Of a DNA stretch of 64,000 bases, positions 54,133 to 64,000 are shown piece by piece. Below the pieces are notes generated by a model. It was not told the origin of the DNA. It did not search any database and was given only the letters and a program-made list of their open reading frames with translations. Origin of the DNA: Macrostomum lignano (Eukaryota); contig NIVC01000001.1 in NCBI GenBank assembly GCA_002269645.1, positions 1,798,001 through 1,862,000 of the forward strand, in the 5' to 3' direction. Each line of letters starts with the position of its first letter. Positions within the stretch are counted from its first letter, which is position 1. The position numbers and the translations under genes were made by a program.

Positions 54133-55785
54133 CTACATAATAATCTGCGGCTCGGGCTGGGACTCGCCGATGCTCTTGTGCGGCAGGATCCGGCAGCCGT
54201 TCAAATAGATCTCGTCATTGACGTTGACGTCTTCGCCAAGGACGCAGACGGACTCCATACGGACCCAGCGGCCGATGTGGCAGCGCCAGCCAATTATGCA
54301 CGAGTCAATCCAGCTGTGCTCGCGAATTTTCGAGCCTTCGAGCACCGTGCTGCGACGGATTCGAACGCCGTCTTCGATAACTACGTTGGGACCGATGACC
54401 ACGTTGGGCCCGATGCGGCAGTTGCGCCCGATCTTGGCGGTGGGGTGCACCAGGCTGCTGGTGATCGCCGTGCCGCCGCCGCCGTCCCCGGATTTGCCGG
54501 CGTCTCCGTCCGGCGTGGCGCAGGCAGACGGAGAATTGGCAATGTACATGCACATGCCTGCAGTGAGTGAGTGAGTGAGTGAGTGATGAGTGAGTGATCG
54601 AGCGAGTAACTAAGTGAGTGAGTGAGCGACTGAGTGAGTGAGTGAGTGAGTGAATGAGTGAGTGAGTGAATGAGTGAGTGAGTGAGCGAGTGAGTGAATG
54701 AGTGAGTGAGTGAGCGAGTGAGTGAATGAGTGAGTGAGTGAGTGAATGAGTGAGTGAATGGATGAATAAGTGAGTGAATGAGCGAATGAGTGAGTGAATG
54801 AGTGATCGAGTGAGTGAGTGAGTGAATGAGTGAGTGAGTGAGTGAGTGAGTGAGTGAGTGAATGGATGAATAAGTGAGTGAATGAGCGAATGAGTGAGTG
54901 AATGAGTGAGTGAGTGAGTGAGTGAGTGAGTGAGTGAATGGATGAATAAGTGAGTGAATGAGCGAATGAGTGAGTGAATGAGTGATCGAGTGAGTGAGTG
55001 AGTGAGTGAATGAGTGAGTGAGTGAGTGAGTGAGTGAATGAGTGATCGAGTGAGTGAGCGAGTGAGTGATCCCAGAACAATGTTAACAACGCACCGGTTA
55101 GGAAGTCCTTCGGCTGGCCAACATCCATCCAGAAGCCGTGCAGCTCCAATGCGTACAAGTTGCCCTGCTGCACCATCAGCGGGAAAGTCTCCTTCTCTAT
55201 AGAAGTTGGCTTATTGGGAATTTTGTCCAGAATCGACCGGCTGAAGATGTACAGACCGGCGTTGATCTTGTTGGACACGAACTCCTGCGGCTTCTCAACG
55301 AACCGGTCGATCAGCCCAGTGGCCTCGTCGTACACAACAACGCCGTACTTGGACGGCTCCTCAACCTTGGTGACCATGATGGTGCCTTCCCGGCCGTGGG
55401 CCCGGTGAAATTCGATCATCTGCTGGAAAGGGAACTGGCAGATGACGTCACTGTTGAGGACAAAGAAGGGCTCGGCTGGATCGGCCGACTCTGCCAGGTA
55501 TTTCTCGGCCAGCTTCAACGGGCCGGCGGTGCCAAGAGGCTCCTCCTCGAACGAGAAGGTAAATTTAACGCCCAGACGTTCGCCCTCCTTCAACAATCGC
55601 TGCTCCATAAGCTCGGCCCGGTAGCTGACGGCCAGGATCACGTGATCGACTCCGACAGCTGCCAGGGCTTCAACTTGATGCAGCATCATTGGCTTGTTGC
55701 AGAATTCAACCAGAGGCTTCGGCTGCGACAGGGTGAGGGGGCGCAGGCGAGTGCCGAAACCGCCGACGAGGATTAGGGCTTTCAT
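54133..55785 (-). CDS. GMPPB: Mannose-1-phosphate guanyltransferase beta
   Basis: Exons 55785-55095 and 54557-54133 (phase 1). [53 protein letters not shown], hexapeptide repeats, ILPHKSI...PEPQIIM. Confidence 0.98.
54562..55070. repeat. (TGAG/TGAA)n microsatellite filling the GMPPB intron
   Basis: Directly visible. Confidence 0.97.
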
Positions 55786-56303
55786 TGTGGCTAAAAGCGA
55801 TTGAGCTGAAAGGGGAATTGTCTGCGCATTAGGGATCTCAGTATATATAAATCCTCTCAGAGTAGGCGATTTCAGAGTTGGGATTTTTGGGTTTGCAGTT
55901 GCACTAAAATAGCTTTTAATTGTATTCTTCGCTCTAGTAGTGAGCGAGACTAACAGGGGGCTGAAATAGGAGTTGAATAGACTAGTTTAGCCCTCAGTCT
56001 ACTTGAAGGACACTCTGTGTGTAGGTAGGAGGGGGACCAGTCCAGAGAAAATCTGTTAGCGCAGCTGTCTCTCCTATGTATGTCTCTCCTCCCCCGACCT
56101 CCCCGCGTTGGCCAAGTGAGTAAACACGCTGCGCGACAGCTGAGGGCTCGGCAATTTGGCTCTGGGTTCGTGCGTTTTTTTGTAGTTAGGAAAGAAGCGG
56201 CTGATTGAGGATTTACAGGTTGGGATATGGGGAGGGAGAGATGGATTGGGGAGAGAGATAGAGAAAGGGGAGTAGAGGAAGAGAGAGGCAAAAAAGAATA
56301 GAA

Positions 56304-56304
<1 letters not shown>

Positions 56305-56380
<76 letters not shown>
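56305..56380. repeat. (GA)n microsatellite between TGFBRAP1 and GMPPB
   Basis: Directly visible. Confidence 0.95.
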
Positions 56381-56384
<4 letters not shown>

Positions 56385-57044
56385 CCTGTTAAAAATCTCT
56401 TAAATAATAACAAACTACCACTAGCAAATGAAAACAGGAGAAATAATAAAATCAACAACGAAGAATCACAATCACGGCCGTTAGCTAGGGGCGTTGATAA
56501 ATTTATTTATTAACACTATATTCATAAATTTCATAACAAAACCTCTGGTTCGCTCACAAAACCTTTGTACTAAAACAATACAAACCGGCATTGATTGCAC
56601 AGAGAATACAATAACGAAAACAGTGACAATTATCTATAACTAAATCAAATGGCTCATTACCTGCTTATTACAACTAAATGAATTAAGTTAAAATTTTTAA
56701 AGACTTCAAAATCAAGTATCGATTTATGCTTCAATAGAAATATGAATCAGTAACACAAGCATATCTGGGTATCTGGGAATTTAAGAACACAGACGGCTTA
56801 ATTAGCCTGCTCATGGGGTATGGCTGCAGACAGGGGGGGGGGGGCTCCCTGTTCATAAATATCGTCTCTCATAATCATCATTCAGTCAATAAATATATAC
56901 AAACAATAGTAAGAGTTTACTAGCTAGCTTTCATTAAAATCTTTTTATTCAAAAATACTGATTCTCTACCAATGTACTACTAATTAATTACAGGTTAAAA
57001 GGGATCATTGTGTATATATGAATATAAACATATGATTTATCTAC

Positions 57045-60000
57045 CTAAGCTGAGGTCTTGGCTGCTTCAGTGGGGGAGCCGGCAGCGGAGACGGCACTGG
57101 ATGAAGTAGAATTGCTGTTCGCTGCTGTTGCTTCGTGAAGCCACGGGCAGCAGCGGAAGTGGGCCGGTTGACCAGTCGACGTCAGCACGAAAGCCAAAGC
57201 TGCCGGAGCTGCGCCTGCCGACGTCGACGGAACGGACGGCGACGGCGATGATTCGTCGAATCGGCGATTGCAAACGGCGCAGCGGGTGGTCTCGGTGAGG
57301 CTGATGCTGGAGCGGCAGTTGGGCAGGCTGGCCAGCTGGTGAGACAGGGTCAGCTGCGGGGACAAAGAAGGTCACGGTGGGCCGTTGCTTGCTACCTACT
57401 GTCGAGGTGACTTTAAAGTTCTTAGGCCGATTTTTGAAGCCGAAACAGGAGCGATTCTCATTGTGAGACTAGGGGCGATTCTCAAAGTGAGACTAGGGAC
57501 GATTCTCATAGTGAGACTATTAGCGATTCTCATAGTGAGACTAGGGACGATTCTCATAGTGAGACTATTAGCGATTCTCATAGTGAGACTAGGGACGATT
57601 CTCATAGTGAGACTATTAGCGATTCTCATAGTGAGACTAGGGACGATTCTCATTGTGAGACTATTAGCGATTCTCATAGTGAGACTAGGGACGATTCTCA
57701 TAGTGAGACTAGGGGCGATTCTCATAGTGAGACTAGGGACGATTCTCATTGTGAGACTATTAGCGATTCTCATAGTGAGACTAGGGACGATTCTCATAGT
57801 GAGACTAGGGGCGATTCTCATAGTGAGACTAGGGACGATTCTCATTGTGAGACTAGGGGCGATTCTCATAGTGAGACTAGGGACGATTCTCATAGTGAGA
57901 CTATTAGCGATTCTCATAGTGAGACTAGGGACGATTCTCATTGTGAGACTAGGGGCGATTCTCATAGTGAGACTATTAGCGATTCTCATAGTGAGACTAT
58001 TAGCGATTCTCATAGTGAGACTAGGGACGATTCTCATAGTGAGACTATTAGCGATTCTCATAGTGAGACTAGGGACGATTCTCATTGTGAGACTAGGGGC
58101 GATTCTCATAGTGAGACTAGGGACGATTCTCATAGTGAGACTATTAGCGATTCTTATAGTGAGACTAGAAACGATTCTCATAGTGAGACTAGAAACGATT
58201 CTCATAGTGAGACTAGGGGCGATTCTCATAGTGAGACTAGGGACGATTCTCATAGTGAGACTATTAGCGATTCTCATAGTGAGACTATTAGCGATTCTCA
58301 TAGTGAGACTATTAGCGATTCTCATAGTGAGACTAGGGACGATTCTCATTGTGAGACTATTAGCGATTCTCATAGTGAGACTAGGGACGATTCTCATAGT
58401 GAGACTATTAGCGATTCTCATAGTGAGACTAGGGACGATTCTCATTGTGAGACTAGGGGCGATTCTCATAGTGAGACTAGGGACGATTCTCATAGTGAGA
58501 CTATTAGCGATTCTCATAGTGAGACTATTAGCGATTCTCATAGTGAGACTAGGGACGATTCTCATAGTGAGACTATTAGCGATTCTCATAGTGAGACTAG
58601 GGACGATTCTCATAGTGAGACTATTAACGATTCTCATAGTGAGACTAGAAACGATTCTCATAGTGAGACTAGAAACGATTCTCATAGTGAGACTAGGGGC
58701 GATTCTCATAGTGAGACTAGGGGCGATTCTCATAGTGAGACTAGGGGCGATTCTCATAGTGAGACTATTAGCGATTCTCATAGTGAGACTAGAAACGATT
58801 CTCATAGTGAGACTAGAAACGATTCTCATAGTGAGACTAGAAACGATTCTCATAGTGAGACTAGAAACGATTCTCATAGTGAGACTAGGGGCGATTCTCA
58901 TAGTGAGACTAGAAACGATTCTCATAGTGAGACTAGAAACGATTCTCATAGTGAGACTAGGGGCGATTCTCATAGTGAGACTAGAAACGACAATTGAAAA
59001 TCCAGGGAACGTGCTCTCTGAACAGAGAAGATATTAATTTTTGTACCGGGCTTGGCCACTACCTCACCCCAACCTACCTGGGCCGCCACGGCCAGTCCCT
59101 TAGCCAGACAGGCCGAGCGTCTCCTATGCAACGCCCTGCGCAGAGCCGAGCAAAGAAACGGCCTCAACGGTCCCACGGGATAATTAGCGGGCAGCAGCGG
59201 CAGGACTCGAGCCCCGTCGGCTGGCACGTCTGGCCGGTTCAACAGACGGACAGCGGAACCGAGGAGGCGATCGCGGTGCTCGCCAGACAGGCAGATGGCC
59301 AGCAGAGCGGACCAATACGGCCCGGGATTGGACTGGGCGGAGCACAACTCCGCCGCGGCGTCGCAGTCGCCAAGATCCAACAGTAGGACGCGAAGTGCGC
59401 CGTCGATGTCGCCGCAGCGGGCTCGCAGCTCGGCCAGATGGGGCAGCAACAGACTGGCGCCGCTGTCGCCGGACCGCGACTGAGGGAAGAATAAGCGTTT
59501 ATTTGTAATTGAATTTAAAACACATGTGTAGTCTACTGACAGTAGAAAAAAAAACATATTTTCGCTAATTTGCTCGTTAAAAATAAAAATGAAAACTTAC
59601 ACTACTAGCAGTAGCAATGTAAACATTTCGAAACGCAAAAACAGGTTGAAGCTTTCAAAACCCTCACCTGCAAAGTCTGCAGTCGGCCAAGCAGAAATTG
59701 AGCCCGATAAACTTTTGATCGACGCAGAAAAGTCAACAGGCGGGCTCTCAATGATGCGGCCGCGTCGGAGTCTGCAAAGACGCAAATATGCACATTTTAA
59801 TAAACAAATCCTTTATTAATAGCTCTCAAGGGTGCTACGGGGCTGTGTGCACTGGCGCACTTTAAGCGCCATTGTCACACAACCGGCGAGAGGCAGTTTA
59901 CTGCCCATTCCACCGACTCACCTGAGCAGGCACACAATCGCGCGGATAAGTGCGCAGTCATACGCACACGCACACACTCATACAGGAGTGTACAGCGGCC

Positions 60001-62969
60001 CTAACTATAGTGCCTTATGGGTTGGCCCTTAAAGCCGTTAATTGCACGAGCAGAGACAAGCCGAGATTCCAATTTAGCTCCAAAACTAATGCGACTGCAC
60101 TTGGAATCGAGCCTGGGCCTCCGGCACATCAGAGCTCAGATAAAAATTGTTAAAGTCAACTCACCGCTATCAACTCCGGCCTCTTCAATAGCGTCAAGGT
60201 ACAGCGCGCCCAGCCGAGTGTGCAGCCGCTCGTCCCCACCGTCCAGCTTCCGATCTTCTTCCCGATCTGTCTCGTCCAGCAGCAGAAGCAGATGCTGCTC
60301 CAAATAGAGAAGCAACGCCTTGGGAGCTCTGGACTCCAGCCTGGTGACAATGTCGCTAGGCGGAAGGCCGCAGCCAGTCAGCACTCGCAGGTGCCGCTCC
60401 GGCTCCTTAGCCAGCAGGTACTCGGCGTGCGGCCAGAACAGGCCGTCGGCATCAGCGGCAGCCAGAGTGGTCACGTACTCGGCAAAATAATCAACTCCCG
60501 GAAATTGCGGATCGCCAGCTTCGCTGTCGTCAAGTAGCTGGCGCCAAACCTGGCAGGCCTCGGCTGATCGGCCGAGAGAGCGGAGCAACAGGGCGCGGGC
60601 GTGGTGCCGGCCAGAGCTGGCCAAGAATGCCAGGCAGTCGGCGGAGTCGCAGTCCAGCTCAGAGTAGATCAGAGTCTCCGTCTGGCCCGGCCGCAGCTCG
60701 GAGCAGAGCTTCAGCAGGGCCGTGTCCGCCTCGCGTCTGCGGGAGGAGAGCACGGGTGACGGGTTTTTTTTATCAATGTCCTCTCACATCAATTCCCACT
60801 GCTCCAGATACTTCGCCAGCCTCCCAGATCCTCAGTTGCTGGGCCAGCCTCCCATAGTGTCAGTTGCTGGGCCAGCCTCCCAGATCCTCAGTTGCTGGGC
60901 AAGCCTCCCAGATCCTCAGTTGCTGTGCCAGCCTCCCAGATCCTCAGTTGCTGGGCCAGCCTCCCAGATCCTCAGTTGCTGGGCCAGCCTCCCAGATCCT
61001 CAGTTGCTGGGCCAGCCTCCCAGATCCTCAGTTGCTGGGCCAGTCTCCCAGAGTGTCAGTTGCTGGGCCAGCCTCCCAGATCCTCAGTTGCTGGGCCAGC
61101 CTCCCAGATCCTCAGTTGCTGGGCCAGCCTCCCAGATCCTCAGTTGCTGGGACAGCCTCCCAGATCCTCAGTTGCTGGGCCAGCTTCCCATCCAAAGACA
61201 CGCAACCATCAATGCAAGAGTCCAAGTCAAACAGAACTCACCTGAGGTCCCCAGTGAAACGGCTGACCCTATACTTGAACAGCAGCTCCAGCAGGAAGGC
61301 CTTCAACAAGTTCATCCTGTCCGGCTCAGCCCGGCACAGCTCGGCCAGCTGAGACAGACCGTCCGGCGGCGCGGGCAGCTCCACCGATCCGGACGGCGGC
61401 AACAGACCCGGACAGAGGCCAAGCAGGTGTCGCAGATCGATTCGTCCCTCGACCAGGTACTGAGTAGCCTTCTGAGCGTCCTCGGCCACAGACTGCCCGG
61501 CCGATTTTGCCGCTGCCGACGTGGCCCGACGCAGGCAGGCCAAGCCGGCCGCCTGTTGAATTCGGCGAAATTTGGCCAGCAGCTCCGGGCTGGACTGGCC
61601 GGCGTCCGAGGCCGATTGGCGAGCGTGCTCGGCCACGCGCATGGCTTCGTCCACCTGGCCGGGATAGGCAGGAGGCGCAGTAACGAAATAAATAACTGGT
61701 CATTGGACACAGATATGGGTCATTGGACACAGATATGGGTCATTGGACAGAGATATAGGTCATTGGACAGAGATATGGGTCATTGGACAGAGATATAGGT
61801 CATTGGACACAGATATGGGTCATTGGACAGAGATATAGGTCATTGGAAAGATATATGGGTCACTGGACAGAGATATGGGTCATTGGACACAGATATGGGT
61901 CATTGGACACGAGAAACGGTTGATCGGGCACTTTTGAGTCATCATAATAGTTCACGATAAACTTTGAACGCTCACCTGGCCCTCACGCAGCATCTGCTCA
62001 ACCTGGCTGTACCAGGGCAGCGGCAGCGCGGCCTGCAAGTCGCCGCTCTGACAGGCAATCAGTACAATATGAGACAGCGAGCCGCAGCGGGCAAATTCTC
62101 GAGCCAAAGCCAACGACAGGCCGCCATTGACGCTGTGCGTTTGCACCTGCTGTCGCTCGTAGTGCAGACCGCTGTGCACGGTTAGAAATTCGTCGTTTAA
62201 ACTCAGCACGTATGGCGAGGCGCAGGCCAAGGCCAGGGTGTTGGAGTCCAGCTGCAGAGGCGGCCGGCGAGAGCTGCCGTCTTTGGCGCTGACAAATATT
62301 CCCAGATTGTTCATGCCGGTCACTAGGAATTCGCCCTGCGCGGAGTGAACATTTTCTCATCAGTACTACTGTAAGTAGGGTGAATAAAACTCAGGATATT
62401 TTCTAGTCAATTTTTGTGCCTAATGTGCCACTTGTGGTGCTCAATGTAGGCATTAGCGCTTATTGTGGCGCTCCATTACTGCTAGATATGGCGCTCATTG
62501 TGGAGCTCCATTACCGCTAGATGTGGCGCTCCATTACCGCTAGATGTGGTGCTTATTGTGGAGCTCCATTACCGCTAGATGTGGCGCTTATTGTGGAGCT
62601 CCATTACCTCTAGATGTGGCGCTTATTGTGGAGCTCCATTACCGCTAGATGTGGCACTTATTGTGGAGCTCCATTACCTCTAGATGTGGCGCTTATTGTG
62701 GAGCTCCATTACCGCTAGATGTGGCGCTTATTGTGGAGCTCCATTAACGCTAGATATGGCGCTCCATTACCACGAGATGTGGTCCTTATTGTAACGCTTT
62801 AGTTACCGCTTGGTTTGCGCAACGCCTTTTAAATTTGTTGCTCAATAAGCCCAGCTGAATATATACTAGTCTATGACATAATAGTGCCACGAAAAATGTA
62901 CATAAAATAGTCTCGCAGTACGTCGCCTATCAAACATAAACGTACAGGACGGCACGAAGCCACCACCTG
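57045..62969 (-). CDS. TGFBRAP1: TGF-beta receptor-associated protein 1 / Vps3 homologue (CORVET subunit); 5' part lies beyond this span
   Basis: Exons (62969-62946 micro-exon, tentative), 62335-61976, 61654-61242, 60736-60165, 59771-59668, 59479-59078 and 57353-57045, phase-consistent. EFLVTG..NLGIF, PYVLSLNDEFLTVHS, DTALLKL, LLYLEQ, HTRLGALYL, LLTFLRRSKVYRAQFLL, C-terminal C.VC..RF...H.RC finger. Closer by eye to TGFBRAP1 than to VPS39. Confidence 0.87.
57440..58990. repeat. 24-bp minisatellite (gagactaggggcgattctcatagt; four interspersed variant types) in the last TGFBRAP1 intron
   Basis: Visible units; source of the 550-aa and 525-aa repeat ORFs. Confidence 0.98.
59820..60140 (-). mobile_element. 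Probable 5'-truncated tRNA-derived SINE in a TGFBRAP1 intron
   Basis: Minus strand gagctctgatgtgccggaggcccaggctcgattccaag resembles a tRNA 3' half with a B-box-like GGCTCGATTCC (60113-60103). No A box seen. Confidence 0.4.
60815..61185 (+). repeat. 28-bp dispersed minisatellite family, copy 3 (TGFBRAP1 intron)
   Basis: Visible units. Confidence 0.96.
61700..61910. repeat. 20-bp minisatellite (gggtcattggacacagatat), intronic
   Basis: Visible units. Confidence 0.95.
62455..62790. repeat. 35-bp minisatellite (gcttattgtggagctccattaccgctagatgtggc), intronic
   Basis: Visible units. Confidence 0.93.
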
Positions 62970-63279
62970 CTGCAGGAATTCAATGTCAAAAAATTACTAT
63001 TGGAGAAAATAAACTAAATATGCAGCTGATGCACGTCGCATTTGCCGAAGAGAGCAAAAACTGCTATTTATTTCTGGAGTTTGGAATACAATAATAACTA
63101 AGAATGGCTCAGACTTCACCTTTCATGAATAAAAGTTTGTCAACTTTTGGAATTGTTTCTCTTTTTCAATTATGTTTATGTCTTGATGCCGCTGTTTCGA
63201 ATACTCGTAAAATCTCTAAATTTCTGTTCGAAGCAGCCGATATGCAATTTTCGTTCACTAACAAAATCAATAAAAAATC

Positions 63280-63990
63280 AAAGCCCAGCAACTGAGGATC
63301 TGGGAGGCTGGCCTAGCAACTGCGGATCTGGGAGGCTGGCCTAGCAACTGCGGATCTGGGAGGCTGGCCTAGCAACTGAGGATCTGGGAGGCTGGCCCAG
63401 AAACTGAGGATCTGGGAGGCTGGCCCAGCAACTGCGGATCTGGGAGGCTGGCCCAGCAACTGAGGATCTGGGAGGCTGGCCCAGAAACTGAGGATCTGGG
63501 AGGCTGGCCTAGCAACTGCGGATCTGGGAGGCTGGCCTAGCAACTGCGGATCTGGGAGGCTGGCCTAGCAACTGAGGATCTGGGAGGCTGGCCCAGAAAC
63601 TGAGGATCTGGGAGGCTGGCCAAGCAACAGAGGATCTGGGAGGCTGGCCCAGAAACTGAGGATCTGGGAGGCTGGCCCAGCAACTGAGGATCTGGGAGGC
63701 TGGCCCAGAAACTGAGGATCTGGGAGGCTGGCCTAGCAACTGAGGATCTGGGAGGCTGGCCCAGAAACTGAGGATCTGGGAGGCTGGCCCAGCAACTGAG
63801 GATCTGGGAGGCTGGCCTAGCAACTGCGGATCTGGGAGGCTGGCCCAGCAACTGAGGATCTGGGAGGCTGGCCCAGCAACTGAGGATCTGGGAGGCTGGC
63901 CCAGCAACTGAGGATCTGGGAGGCTGGCCCAGAAACTGAGGATCTGGGAGGCTGGCCCAGCAACTGACACTCTGGGAGGCTGGCCACAAG
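63280..63990 (-). repeat. 28-bp dispersed minisatellite family, copy 4 (reverse orientation)
   Basis: Visible units. Confidence 0.96.
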
Positions 63991-64000
63991 ACCAGATAGC

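Noticed and set aside
55138-55776. Long ORFs antisense to GMPPB, and similar ones opposite NitFhit, TASP1, TGFBRAP1, SCP and the 7069-7827 ORF
   Set aside because: These are the expected shadow ORFs of GC3-rich coding sequence and show no recognisable motifs.
57385-59037. 550-aa and 525-aa ORFs (also 5245-6646, 2845-3897, 4121-4681, 9398-10344, 26357-27074, 33426-34545, 48521-49202, 49487-50081, 53510-54208, 63313-63989)
   Set aside because: They are stop-free readings of tandem repeats, mostly inside introns of identified genes, and are open in several frames or on both strands.

Overview
Eukaryotic (animal) genomic DNA. It has GC-rich spliceosomal exons, AT-rich spacers and about 38 micro/minisatellite arrays that cover roughly a third of the window by my coordinate sum. 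This style suggests a free-living flatworm such as Macrostomum (inference, not verified). I reconstructed exon chains by hand from splice sites and codon phase. Genes: a secreted PAN/Apple + C-type-lectin-like mosaic protein (-, 3' partial), an intronless orphan ORF (-), a sarcoplasmic Ca-binding protein-like EF-hand gene (+), ZFYVE21 (-), RPL35 (+), a NIT1-FHIT fusion (+), and a co-oriented minus-strand run of TGFBRAP1 (5' partial), GMPPB, NDUFAF5 and TASP1. Mobile DNA: a 2.7-kb non-autonomous hAT-like element with a perfect 8-bp TSD, a 1.2-kb TIR element carrying a PHD-finger remnant, a CORE/Meta-like tRNA-SINE, and a probable decayed hAT transposase inside a CpG-depleted block. Most notable leads: (i) minisatellites of unrelated unit length share an AATCGC(CC) core that reads on the host-gene sense strand in all five arrays with a known host; (ii) the operon-like cluster, where the first TASP1 coding exon I can identify has no ATG and could use a spliced-leader AUG; (iii) the NitFhit fusion; (iv) a dispersed 28-bp minisatellite with inverted copies flanking TGFBRAP1 exons; (v) a sharply bounded CpG desert. 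Most long ORFs in the supplied track are repeat artefacts.
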